Made by a program: the position numbers and the translations under genes
DNA from: Candidatus Saccharicenans sp.
Lineage (GTDB): Bacteria > Acidobacteriota > Aminicenantia > Aminicenantales > Saccharicenantaceae
Reading direction: 5' to 3'
Assembly (NCBI GenBank): GCA_029907135.1
Contig: JARYMJ010000006.1
Span: 1,260-65,259 of the forward strand
DNA length: 64,000 nucleotides
Notes under the pieces: generated by a model
Seen by the model: only the letters and a program-made list of their open reading frames with translations
What the model was told of the DNA's origin: nothing
Databases searched by the model: none
In this document: one piece after another, positions 1 through 8,763 of the stretch
Position numbering within the stretch: position 1 is the first letter of the stretch
Layout: each line of letters starts with the position of its first letter

Positions 1-1018
1 AATCAGCCGCTGAATGGACGTCCGGAACCCAGCCGTCTCGCCATGATGCCAGGCCAGGCGTTGTCCTTTCCAGGGATTCAAGAACCAGCCGAAGCCATAA
101 GCCGCGGCTGAACCATCAGCTTCCGTTGGGCTCACCTCTGGCACCTTCACCGGGCTAAAGGCCAGGTCCATTTCTTCTTTTTTCAGCAACCGCTCTTCTT
201 TCCAGGCCTATCCCAGAGGACTAAGTCTTCCACCGAGGAATAGATACAGCCATCCCCCCTGGTGGCCGAGGTGCGACTCTGGTCCTGCACCATCCATTTT
301 CCGTCCTGCCGGCTATGCCCGAAGGCCCGGTTAGTGATTTCAGCTTTGCCTTTTTCATAAAGGACAGTGCTTGCCATTCCCAGGGGCTTAAAAATCTTAT
401 CTTCCAGAAAACGACCGAAAGGCAAGCCGGAGATCTTTTCCACCATCAGGCCCAGAACCACATAGCCGGAATTGCTGTAGCTCCAGCTCGTTCCAGGCCT
501 GAATTTGCCCTGCCTCTCCTCTGGCAAAAGCTCCAGAACTTGGTAATCATCAACCTGCTGGTTCTCAATCGGTATACCCGGATTAGCCGGCGGTAGCAAA
601 TTTTCATAATCCGGCAGTCCCGAGGTGTGGGTCAACAGATGCCATACCTTTATCTCCCGCCCGTACTCCGGAAAATCAGAGAAAATATCAGTCAGGCGCT
701 GTTCCTAATCTAGCTTGGCCTCCCTCACCAGGAGCATAATGGCCGCGGCCGTGAATTGCTTGCTAAGCGAGGCCAGGCGAAAATTGCTGGCGGTATTCAA
801 GCGATGGCCGCTTCCCACTTGAGCCAGACCTTCGGCAGCCATAAAACAATCCGGTCCAGCTTCACCACGGCCACAGCCAGCCCAGGCAGTTGGCCTCTCA
901 CCGTTTGTCTTATTAAAGCCTCAACTTTATCCACGTTGACCTCAGGTCTTGATCGGCAGGCAGAGGCAGCTAACAGCCCAGCTAGAATAATAAGAACGGC
1001 CATCAATCTTGCCTTCAA
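1..1018 (-). pseudogene. Disrupted beta-lactamase-fold (class C / PBP-like) serine hydrolase; the 3' end runs off the window
   Basis: Manual minus-strand translation gives homologous pieces in three frames. 797-1018 encodes a signal peptide plus PGLAVAVVK. From about 845 down, a second frame reads NFRLASLSKQFTAAAIMLL (SxxK motif), is interrupted by an in-frame TAG at 705-707, and continues in the same frame as ORF 183-635 (YSNSGYVVLG, YxN motif). 1-204 is in a third frame (AYGFGWF, WHHGETAGF). Confidence 0.75.
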
Positions 1019-1068
1019 TTCAACTATCCTCTACTTTCTGGCCTATATGGGACACTCATTGGCCCAGG

Positions 1069-1107
1069 AAAAATTTAAAACTCCGCCTCTTAATCCGCTG
1101 CTGGCGG
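1069..1107 (-). terminator. Weak candidate intrinsic terminator downstream of the five-gene array
   Basis: On the minus strand a CCGCC...GGCGG 5-bp stem (1083-1107) is followed by AGTTTTAAATTTTT (1069-1082). The stem is short and the loop is 15 nt. Confidence 0.25.
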
Positions 1108-1261
1108 CCAGGTTCAGACCTCTTAGTTCAGCCCGGAGCAAAGACAAAAAAGGATTGCGATCTGATCGAGGTCCAGTTCACCAGAGCCTTCAGCCCGAAT
1201 TATATTAAATTTTTATCTTTCCTTAAATTCTTACTTACCGTTGGTTCCTATTTACCTATTT

Positions 1262-2965
1262 TTATCTCTCCTGGTAAAGGGCATAGACAAAAGGTTCACT
1301 GGTAGTCTGCCAGCCGGAAGACACCCGGCGCCCGTCTCCCAGCAGCCAGGTCACCTGGTACTGGTAATTCAGGTCATTTTCGGCATGGACGTATTCGTAT
1401 TTTCCGAGCAGCGTTTCTCCCGGCAGCAGCTTGACCTCGCCCGTCTTTTCCCGGTCGGCAAATTTGTTCTTAAAGGTAACTGTGATTAGCTTGATGTTAT
1501 AAGCCCGGACATTTTCTTCATCGGCAATGATGTCAATCTGCCGATAACGGTGAGGCGGGAACAGGTTGATGGCCGCCTCTTCACTCCGGGTCCACTGACC
1601 TTCCACCTTAATTCCGCCGACGAAGCTCCAGATAGTCTTGTATTCATAGCTCAGCCAGGTGGCACCCTCACCCAGCCGCGGATAGACAAAGGACAGCATG
1701 TTGCCGCGTTCGGCAAAAGTCTGGGCGTTAAAAATGACATCCCGAGTAGTCGGCTGGCCCGTTTTGTGCACCTTCTTAAAACTGACCGTGACGAAGTTGA
1801 TGTATTTCTTGAAGGTCTCAAAATCTTCTCCGTCCAGGATGGCATATACCACTCGGTCCTGAAGATCCGGGTCATCCAGGTTGATGATGTCATAGACTTT
1901 CTTGTTATTTTTGAATTTCCTAAGCACATCGCCGATGCTGGCATCCATCGGCCCGGTGTCTCGTTCCTGGCGCAGGCGTTTGGTCATGTTGATGGTCCAA
2001 TCATCCGTCCGGCTAACTTTTTTTCTGGTTGTGCTGACCCCGTAGGGCCGGTCTTGAGATTGCTTATCCTCTCCACCTTCTTTCTCCGACCCTTCCTCAG
2101 GCAACTCCAGCTTGGAGTCAAACATTTCCCGCATGATGGTATCAACCAGAGTCTGCATCAAACCGTCCAGATTCTGGTCTTCTCCGGTGATATCAATTTT
2201 GACCGCGCCCTTGGAAGTTAACTCATCCCTTATTTCGCGCAATTCTCCGGTGCCAGTTCTTACATACCAGGTCCAGATGCCCAGCTTTTTCTTCTTATAG
2301 ATTTTCCACTTGCTGTACTGGTCAAAATATTCCCGAACTTTTGCCCAGTGGATGGTAGCCGTGGCATGGTATTTCGGAGTCAGCCCTTCATAGGTCATCT
2401 CAAACCTGACGCTGACCGGATAGGTCGGCTGACGCAAGGCTTCTTCCAGGAAAGTTGCTCCTTCCGGTGTGACGGCAATTGAAACTGAGACTTCTGAGCC
2501 CGAAATCAAGGGCGCCTTACCTTCGCCTATGATTTTCCTGGTGAAAGCGCCTCCCTCCCCCACCGCCGCCGAAACTACCATAAAGGTGCCCTTTTTAAAG
2601 ACCAGGGGACCTTTGATGGTGGCTTTGGGGTTTATTTTCAGCAGCTCCTGCTTAACCTTGTTTAATTCTTGTTCATCCAGGCCGTACTTAACAAAAAAAT
2701 GTAAAATGCCTCCCTTGGCTTCTTCTTTGCCGGCTTTAGTGTATTTAAGAAAAGTCAGCTTGGGCGTTCCATCCGGCCAGTAGGCCAGGCGCGGCTGGTT
2801 AGGCATATAATAGTAGACATTAGGGTCAGCATGGTCCTTGAACAAAATGGCATTGACCACTTGAAGTGGGGCAGAGTCAAGTTCAACCTCGGCCGCGGCG
2901 TAAGAAGCCAGACCAAATATCCATAAGGCCACCAGCAACAATGCTAATAACTTTTTCTTGTCCAT
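1262..2965 (-). CDS. Secreted protein of unknown function, array paralog E (N-module plus duplicated C-terminal beta-type repeat)
   Basis: 567-aa ORF with ATG start and GGAG about 9 nt upstream. Signal peptide MDKKKLLALLLVALWIFGLASYAAA. Motifs: FKDHADPNVYYYMPNQPRL, GTPKLTFLKYTK, GGILHFF, and C-terminal NYQYQVTWLLGDGRRVSSGW. Clear paralogy to 3041-5806 and 7017-8714. Confidence 0.85.
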   Translation of the reverse strand: MDKKKLLALLLVALWIFGLASYAAAEVELDSAPLQVVNAILFKDHADPNVYYYMPNQPRLAYWPDGTPKLTFLKYTKAGKEEAKGGILHFFVKYGLDEQELNKVKQELLKINPKATIKGPLVFKKGTFMVVSAAVGEGGAFTRKIIGEGKAPLISGSEVSVSIAVTPEGATFLEEALRQPTYPVSVRFEMTYEGLTPKYHATATIHWAKVREYFDQYSKWKIYKKKKLGIWTWYVRTGTGELREIRDELTSKGAVKIDITGEDQNLDGLMQTLVDTIMREMFDSKLELPEEGSEKEGGEDKQSQDRPYGVSTTRKKVSRTDDWTINMTKRLRQERDTGPMDASIGDVLRKFKNNKKVYDIINLDDPDLQDRVVYAILDGEDFETFKKYINFVTVSFKKVHKTGQPTTRDVIFNAQTFAERGNMLSFVYPRLGEGATWLSYEYKTIWSFVGGIKVEGQWTRSEEAAINLFPPHRYRQIDIIADEENVRAYNIKLITVTFKNKFADREKTGEVKLLPGETLLGKYEYVHAENDLNYQYQVTWLLGDGRRVSSGWQTTSEPFVYALYQER

Positions 2966-3040
2966 TTTCTTATTCTCCTTTTGGCACTAACTTTCATATT
3001 TATGTGACTCATCCAGTTTTCTAAATTATTTTTTATTCAC

Positions 3041-5806
3041 CTATTTACTAAACATGGCAAAGATAAAAGGACTTTCCCGGTTAACCCAATTGGTCTCCAC
3101 TTCCTTGCCAGCCATGGTTAGCCAGATCAGGCGATAGCTGTATCCTGGTCTGCCCTCTTCATGCATGTAAGTGTAATTCATCTGCAAAGGGTCACCTTTA
3201 TCATAATCGATGACCAGCTCCTTGGTGATATCCCTGCCAAAAATGCTATGCTTAATCTGAATGGCTACCGCCTTAATCTTGTTCTGCAAAATATTATCCT
3301 CATCCAAGGAAATCTGTACAGTGCGACGACGAACGGGAGGAGTAAGGGTTAAGACTGAATCTGAGGTCTTTACCCAATCGCTTTCCCATTCTACTCCGCC
3401 GTATAAGGTCCATTTGGTCTTATATTCAAAATTTAGCCACTCGGTTGAAGCCTCATTGACCCGGCTGTACTTAAAGCTCAAGCGGTTGCCTCGTTCCGAA
3501 AACTGCTGCTCAAAAAACTTCACCTCGCCAGTCATTACTGGACCATCCATTCTCTGTTTGCGGAATATTACTGAAACGCTGTTCACGTAATTCTTAAAAT
3601 CTTCGGCGTCCTGCCCATCCAGGATAACTTCGACTGTTCTTTCCTGAAAAGCCGGGTCATCCAGGCTGACCACGGTGAAAAACCTCTTGTCTTCACCATG
3701 CTTCTGGTAAATTCCGCTGATGTTGCCGCTCATGACAATTTCCCGGTCTTCCCGCAAGCGTCGCCTCATGTCCACCTCATAGCGGCCAGAGAGCTTGGTG
3801 CGCTTGAAGCTATAGCCAAACTGCACGTTAAAAATTGGTTTAGCCTCAGGTGTAGCCGGAGTGGCGGTCTGAGCCGGCCGGCCGCTCTGTCCCGAAGATG
3901 AGGTCGTTTGGCTGGCGGTTTGGGCGGAAGTCGTTCCGCTTGCAGCCTGACCGCTCGTTGTCTGCTGGGTAGCCGCCGTTTGTCCCGAAGTTGTCTGCTC
4001 AGCCGTCTGCCCAGAAGTTGCCTTTCCGGACGCCTGTCCAGAAGTGCTGGTGGTTTTCTGCTCCTGTGTCGCCTGCCCAGTTCCGGTCTGGGTCCCGGCT
4101 CCTCCGGTGGCCTCGGGTCTAGTTTTCTCATAAGCAGGTAACGATTGTAGTATTCTATTTATTTCAATAATCTTTTCGTTTATAATTTCAAGCCTTTGAG
4201 TCAAATCGTCTCGGGCATCAGGATAACTGGTCAAGAAATCCCAGAGTCTCTTTAACTCTTCCTGAGCTTTCTCCAGGTAGATTCTATCGTTCATCATATT
4301 GCCGATGACGTAATAGCAAAGGGCAATATTATTCATAAATCGTGAATCCTCTACCAGTGCAAGTCCACGGCGGAAAACACTTTCTGCCTCAAGATAGCGC
4401 ATCTGGGCCTGTACTTTCTTACCGGCTTCATCCAGGGCCTGAGCCTCCTGGCGGATGCTGTTGCCTTCGGCCAGGATTTCCTCGGCTTCATTATAGGTTT
4501 TGATACGTTGTTTAGCTCTTTGCCGCAGGTCAGAGTATCGGTTAGACGAGTCGGTAGCTGAAATAAAAGCTTTGTATTTTTCCCTGGCCTTAGTATATGA
4601 CTTTAAATTTTCTTCCCAGATAGAACCCAGCGTATATAAATACCTGGGGTCAGCGCAGGCCGCATAGGCTTTTTCATAATATTCAACGGCCTCCCGATAT
4701 TGACCGGCCGAAAAAAATGATTTGGCTCTATTTTCCAAGAGTTTGGCTTGCTGCCTGGCACTGTCCGGGCAATCTTCTGGTTGACCATATTCCAACATAC
4801 TCCAGCCGGCATTAGGTCCTCCGCGGAAACTGGCGTTTTCGCCCAAGTTGCTTCCATAGTACCATCCGGCTAGGTCTTCGCTCGCACCCAGTCCAGCCGT
4901 ATTAAAAGCCGGCCAAACTCTCATCCCCCTGGCGGGGGCAACACCTGGAATTCTCAATGAAGACACAGCCCTTCCGGCACTTACCGGAACTTTATCGCAC
5001 ATCAATTGCAGGATGTGGTTGTAAGCTGTTTCCAGCAGCTTCTGCATGTTTTCGTTTTCCCCCACGACTTCCAGCTGGATCGCTCCCTTCTGCCTCAGTT
5101 CTTCCAAGGTGGCACCCAGGTCCGCTCGCAGTTTGACCACCTTGACTATCCCTTCTACCGCCGCTTTTATGTCATGTTGAGAATAAACTTTATCCCAGTC
5201 CACCTTAAGCTTGGCCTGAAAAGCCGGCGTTATACCAGAAAACTTCAAAACATATTGTACTGAAACATCGGAGGTCGGATTCTTAAAAGACTCCCAGAGA
5301 AGCGAGGCTCCTTCCTCTGTCAAGGCGATTGATACTGCCGCCTTCTGTCCTGGCAAAACCGGGGCCTTGCCCTCTCCGACGATTCTTCGGTTAAAAATCC
5401 CGTCCTCTCCAGCGGTGGCTGAGATTATCTGGAATGTCCCCTCCTTGAGGGGTACCGGTCCAGCTAATTTGGCCTGTGGGTCTACTGACTTCAAAGCTGA
5501 CTCGGCTGAGCTTAACTCTCTGCTGGTAAAGCCCCAGGTCACCAGAAAATGAATCACTCCACCCTTAGTCGTGCTATCGGTTTTAGTGTACTTGATGAAA
5601 GTAAACTCGGGAGTGCCGTCTCTTTTGGTAGCCAGGCGCGGCTGGTCAGGCACATAGTAATATTTATGGGGGTCAGCATGGTCACGGTAAAAGACAAATC
5701 TTCCGGCCTGAACCACTTCCTCTACCGCCACTTCCGCTACCAGTGGCCACACCGCTAACAGAAAAAGCGCCAGCATACCGATTAAAACTGTGGTTTTCTT
5801 TTTCAC
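3041..5806 (-). CDS. Secreted protein of unknown function, array paralog D (N-module, TPR-like insert, low-complexity linker, C-module)
   Basis: 921-aa ORF with GTG start and GGAGG 9 nt upstream. Signal peptide MKKKTTVLIGMLALFLLAVWPLVA. Motifs: YRDHADPHKYYYVPDQPRL, GGVIHFL, and C-terminal GYSYRLIWLTMAGKEVETNW. The helical-repeat middle resembles TPR (AGQYREAVEYYEKAY...). Confidence 0.85.
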   Translation of the reverse strand: MKKKTTVLIGMLALFLLAVWPLVAEVAVEEVVQAGRFVFYRDHADPHKYYYVPDQPRLATKRDGTPEFTFIKYTKTDSTTKGGVIHFLVTWGFTSRELSSAESALKSVDPQAKLAGPVPLKEGTFQIISATAGEDGIFNRRIVGEGKAPVLPGQKAAVSIALTEEGASLLWESFKNPTSDVSVQYVLKFSGITPAFQAKLKVDWDKVYSQHDIKAAVEGIVKVVKLRADLGATLEELRQKGAIQLEVVGENENMQKLLETAYNHILQLMCDKVPVSAGRAVSSLRIPGVAPARGMRVWPAFNTAGLGASEDLAGWYYGSNLGENASFRGGPNAGWSMLEYGQPEDCPDSARQQAKLLENRAKSFFSAGQYREAVEYYEKAYAACADPRYLYTLGSIWEENLKSYTKAREKYKAFISATDSSNRYSDLRQRAKQRIKTYNEAEEILAEGNSIRQEAQALDEAGKKVQAQMRYLEAESVFRRGLALVEDSRFMNNIALCYYVIGNMMNDRIYLEKAQEELKRLWDFLTSYPDARDDLTQRLEIINEKIIEINRILQSLPAYEKTRPEATGGAGTQTGTGQATQEQKTTSTSGQASGKATSGQTAEQTTSGQTAATQQTTSGQAASGTTSAQTASQTTSSSGQSGRPAQTATPATPEAKPIFNVQFGYSFKRTKLSGRYEVDMRRRLREDREIVMSGNISGIYQKHGEDKRFFTVVSLDDPAFQERTVEVILDGQDAEDFKNYVNSVSVIFRKQRMDGPVMTGEVKFFEQQFSERGNRLSFKYSRVNEASTEWLNFEYKTKWTLYGGVEWESDWVKTSDSVLTLTPPVRRRTVQISLDEDNILQNKIKAVAIQIKHSIFGRDITKELVIDYDKGDPLQMNYTYMHEEGRPGYSYRLIWLTMAGKEVETNWVNRESPFIFAMFSK
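3842..4120 (-). repeat. Thr/Ser/Gly/Gln/Ala-rich low-complexity linker inside paralog D, with degenerate TSGQ-type repeats
   Basis: Residues about 563-655: RPEATGGAGTQTGTGQATQEQKTTSTSGQASGKATSGQTAEQTTSGQTAATQQTTSGQAASGTTSAQTASQTTSSSGQSGRPAQTATPATP. It creates spurious ORFs in the other frames (3766-4131, 3908-4141). Confidence 0.8.
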
Positions 5807-5975
5807 AATTATTTACCTCCTTCCGGGCTGATTAACTCAGGCGACGGGCCTGGTATAAAATTTATAAGTTCTGGCCTTGGTCCTGATTTATGGGTTTTAC
5901 TATTGCCCGCTGATAATAAAGAGCCAAGCATCAGCTTTCTTTTTTTTCCATCTTGTGTTACCTCTCACCTGCCCC

Positions 5976-6995
5976 TTAATCGTTTTTTATAACCAGCTCG
6001 TAACTCGACAGGTCAAGAAAGGCGTTTTCCCCTTCCTGCCAGTCACTTCTGGCCAAACGGCCGTCAGCATAAACCCTGATTATCCGGTAGCGGTATTTTC
6101 CACCTTTAGCCTCCGGAACGTTAAATTCCAGGTTGTACTGCGGCTGGCTGTCCGCCGAAAAAGTAACCATCTTCGTGTCTTTCTGGCCCCGGGCGGTAGT
6201 GCTCTCCACCTCAACCGTCATCTTGACCATGTTTCCGTTCAGGCCGTTTACAAAATCAAAGCAGATAACGCCCAGCTTCCTGTAATTGAACGAGAACTTC
6301 TGGGCCAGGTTAATGACCTGAAACAGGTCTGGATTTTTCTCCATGGAAACAGGCAGGTCAAGGCTAAAACGGCCGCTTCTTTCCCCGGGCTGGAATTTTC
6401 CTTCTTCGTTAATCTCATATCCGCCATAAGAAAAAGAGCATTCAACACTTAAACCGGAAGCTTTTTTCTCTTCGTATATTCCCCAGAGGAAGGAAGCCGA
6501 TTCACGGCTGAGGGGAAAAGTAAAGCTCTTCCCTGTCCATAGGACTTTGTTCGAACCCAGGGATTTCTTATCGGTTGATTCTTCCTGGTCTTGTTTCTTT
6601 TCCAGACCAGTATAACTTAAACTTATCTCCAGCGATTCCACCGGAACCGGTCGATATTCGAATCCCGCCCCTTTTTCTTTTTTTAAAAATTCTGTGTCAT
6701 CTCCAAATTCAACGGCCAGCGTCAGGACACCACCAGCTGTCGTTCGGGGAGTATCTCCCCCCTGGTCGCGAACATAGACATATTTGTAAAAATAAAAATT
6801 CGGCTGGCCGAAAGTCTGACTCAGCCGAAGAGAACTCGGCACATAATAGAATATTTTTGAACTCTGGTGGTCGGGATAAATGATAATCCTGTTGGCTACA
6901 GTCTCGGGCCGGGTCAGGACTGGGTCAGCCACCAGCCCGACCAGGCTCTGCAGCAGAAACAGGACCAGCAGCCCAGCCGCCTTTTTACCAGCCAA
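5976..6995 (-). CDS. Secreted protein of unknown function, array paralog C (short form)
   Basis: 339-aa ORF with a TTG start 21 nt after the stop of paralog B, preceded by AAGGGAAGG. Signal peptide MAGKKAAGLLVLFLLQSLVGLVA. Motifs: YPDHQSSKIFYYVPSSLRL, GQPNFYFYKY, GGVLTLAVEFG, and C-terminal KYRYRIIRVYADGRLARSDW. Confidence 0.75.
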   Translation of the reverse strand: MAGKKAAGLLVLFLLQSLVGLVADPVLTRPETVANRIIIYPDHQSSKIFYYVPSSLRLSQTFGQPNFYFYKYVYVRDQGGDTPRTTAGGVLTLAVEFGDDTEFLKKEKGAGFEYRPVPVESLEISLSYTGLEKKQDQEESTDKKSLGSNKVLWTGKSFTFPLSRESASFLWGIYEEKKASGLSVECSFSYGGYEINEEGKFQPGERSGRFSLDLPVSMEKNPDLFQVINLAQKFSFNYRKLGVICFDFVNGLNGNMVKMTVEVESTTARGQKDTKMVTFSADSQPQYNLEFNVPEAKGGKYRYRIIRVYADGRLARSDWQEGENAFLDLSSYELVIKND

Positions 6996-7016
6996 CAGCC
7001 TTCCCTTTCATCTTCA

Positions 7017-8714
7017 TCAGAGCTTTTCATAATAGGCATAGATAAAGGGGGCGGTCGCTTTCTTCCAGCCAGAAGAAACGCGGGTATTATCCTTGAACAA
7101 CCAGGTGATGTTGTACTCGTATTCAAGATTATTCGGCTCATGGAAATAAACGTAGTTTATGTTCAGCGGCTCGCCCTTTCGCAGGACTATTTCTTTCTGG
7201 AGTTGGCGCCCGAAATTCTTATGCCTGAACTGAACGGCAATCCTGATGATGCCATTCTGGTTTATGTTCTCTTCTTCAGCCAGAACTTCGATGTACCTGT
7301 AGCGGTGGGGCGGAGTCAGGGTGATAACCGGCTGGCTGGTTTTAACCCAGTCGCCAGCCACTTCCAAGCCGCCGACATAACTCCAGATTGGCTTGTACTC
7401 GTATTCCAGCCACTTTTCGGTCTGGTCGCCTTTGCGCCGGTACTTGAGGGACAGCTTGTTGCCGTTCTGCCCGAACTTGGTCCGGTCAAAAATCAGGTCT
7501 TCGGTGACGGATTTCAGGTCAGCGTTTTCGTATTCCTTCTTGAAGGTGATGCCGGCAAAATTCAGATATTGCTGGAATGTCTGTAAATCTTCCCCATCCA
7601 GGATGACGTTTATCGTCCGCTCTTCGAAAGTCGGGTCGTCCAGGTCAACCACGGCGAAAAACTCCGGATTCTGACCGTACTGTTGATGAAGGCCTCCGAT
7701 ATTTCCCGTCAGGGGAATTTCCCGCTGGTCGCGTTTGCGCCTGGTCAGGTCAACGGTATATTTGCCCGAGAGCTTGACCTGCTTTTGATAAAAGCCGAAG
7801 TGAGCCTGGCCATACAGCTTGCCCAGCCAGTTTCGACCGGTTGAAGCCTGGGACTTACCGATGTCTTGTGGCTTGACCGGCTTGGCCTCAAACATCATTT
7901 TAGTGATGGTGTTGTAAGCTGTATCCAGCAGCTCGTCCATCTTGGTATCTTCGCCAATAACCTCCAGCTTGATGGCCCCCTGTTCTCTCAATTCTGAATA
8001 TATTTTTTGAATCTGGGCGCTGACAAAGAAATTACCCACATTGGCCTTAAACTCTTTGTGGTCGTAGACTTTATCCCAGTCCACGGTCAGCAGCGCCTGG
8101 TAGGCCGGGGTCAACCCCTGGTAGGTCATGACAAATTGAACGGAAATATCAGAAGTGGGTTTCTTGAAGGATTCCATCAGCAGGGTTGAACCTTCTTCAG
8201 TCAGAGCCATGGAAACGGCTGCTTCGGAACCGGCCAGCAAGGGAGCCTTGCCCGTACCAACAATCCTCCGGCTGAATATTCCCCCCTCTCCGGCCGAGGC
8301 CGAGATGATATGAAACTCGCCCGAGGTAAACATTACCGGCCCGATTATCTTGCCTTCCTTGTCTATTCTGGTCAGTTCCTGTTCGGCTTTTTTGAGTTCT
8401 TCCTGGGTCAAGCCAAAAGTGCAGAGGAAATGAACGATACCGCCGGTTATTTCCTTGCCGGTCCGGACATACTGGATGAAGCTGAATTTGGGCTTGCCGT
8501 CAGGCCAGGTGGCCAGCCGGGGAGAAAGCGGCATATAGTGATAGGCATGTTCATCAGCATGATCCCGGAAAAGCAGGGCGTTGCTGACTTGAACCGGTTC
8601 CCTATCCAGCAGTACCTCAGCCTGAACACCAGTCGCTGCCCAAAACAGAGCCAGGGCAGCCAGAACCAGTACTCCCCTGAATTTCTTATTTTCCCTGATT
8701 TCATTTACCAGCAT
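7017..8714 (-). CDS. Secreted protein of unknown function, array paralog B
   Basis: 565-aa ORF with ATG start and GGAGG 6 nt upstream. The signal peptide ends ATGVQA. Motifs: FRDHADEHAYHYMPLSPRL, GKPKFSFIQY, GGIVHFL, and C-terminal EYEYNITWLFKDNTRVSSGW. A hand count gives 79/127 identical residues to paralog D over GGIVHF..DWDKVY. Confidence 0.85.
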   Translation of the reverse strand: MLVNEIRENKKFRGVLVLAALALFWAATGVQAEVLLDREPVQVSNALLFRDHADEHAYHYMPLSPRLATWPDGKPKFSFIQYVRTGKEITGGIVHFLCTFGLTQEELKKAEQELTRIDKEGKIIGPVMFTSGEFHIISASAGEGGIFSRRIVGTGKAPLLAGSEAAVSMALTEEGSTLLMESFKKPTSDISVQFVMTYQGLTPAYQALLTVDWDKVYDHKEFKANVGNFFVSAQIQKIYSELREQGAIKLEVIGEDTKMDELLDTAYNTITKMMFEAKPVKPQDIGKSQASTGRNWLGKLYGQAHFGFYQKQVKLSGKYTVDLTRRKRDQREIPLTGNIGGLHQQYGQNPEFFAVVDLDDPTFEERTINVILDGEDLQTFQQYLNFAGITFKKEYENADLKSVTEDLIFDRTKFGQNGNKLSLKYRRKGDQTEKWLEYEYKPIWSYVGGLEVAGDWVKTSQPVITLTPPHRYRYIEVLAEEENINQNGIIRIAVQFRHKNFGRQLQKEIVLRKGEPLNINYVYFHEPNNLEYEYNITWLFKDNTRVSSGWKKATAPFIYAYYEKL

Positions 8715-8763
8715 AATTTCCTCCTCATTGACCCCAAGCTGCGCCCTTGGCTCTAAAGCTCCT

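Noticed and set aside
1550-2221. 223-aa plus-strand ORF inside array paralog E (similar antisense ORFs occur at 6867-7586, 9586-10218 and 5877-6452)
   Set aside because: All lie opposite minus-strand genes that have strong Shine-Dalgarno sequences, signal peptides and mutual paralogy. None of these antisense ORFs shows such support.
3766-4141. ORFs 3766-4131 (-) and 3908-4141 (+) rich in Arg, Leu, Ser and Pro
   Set aside because: These are alternative-frame artefacts of the repetitive Thr/Ser/Gly/Gln-coding tract of paralog D.
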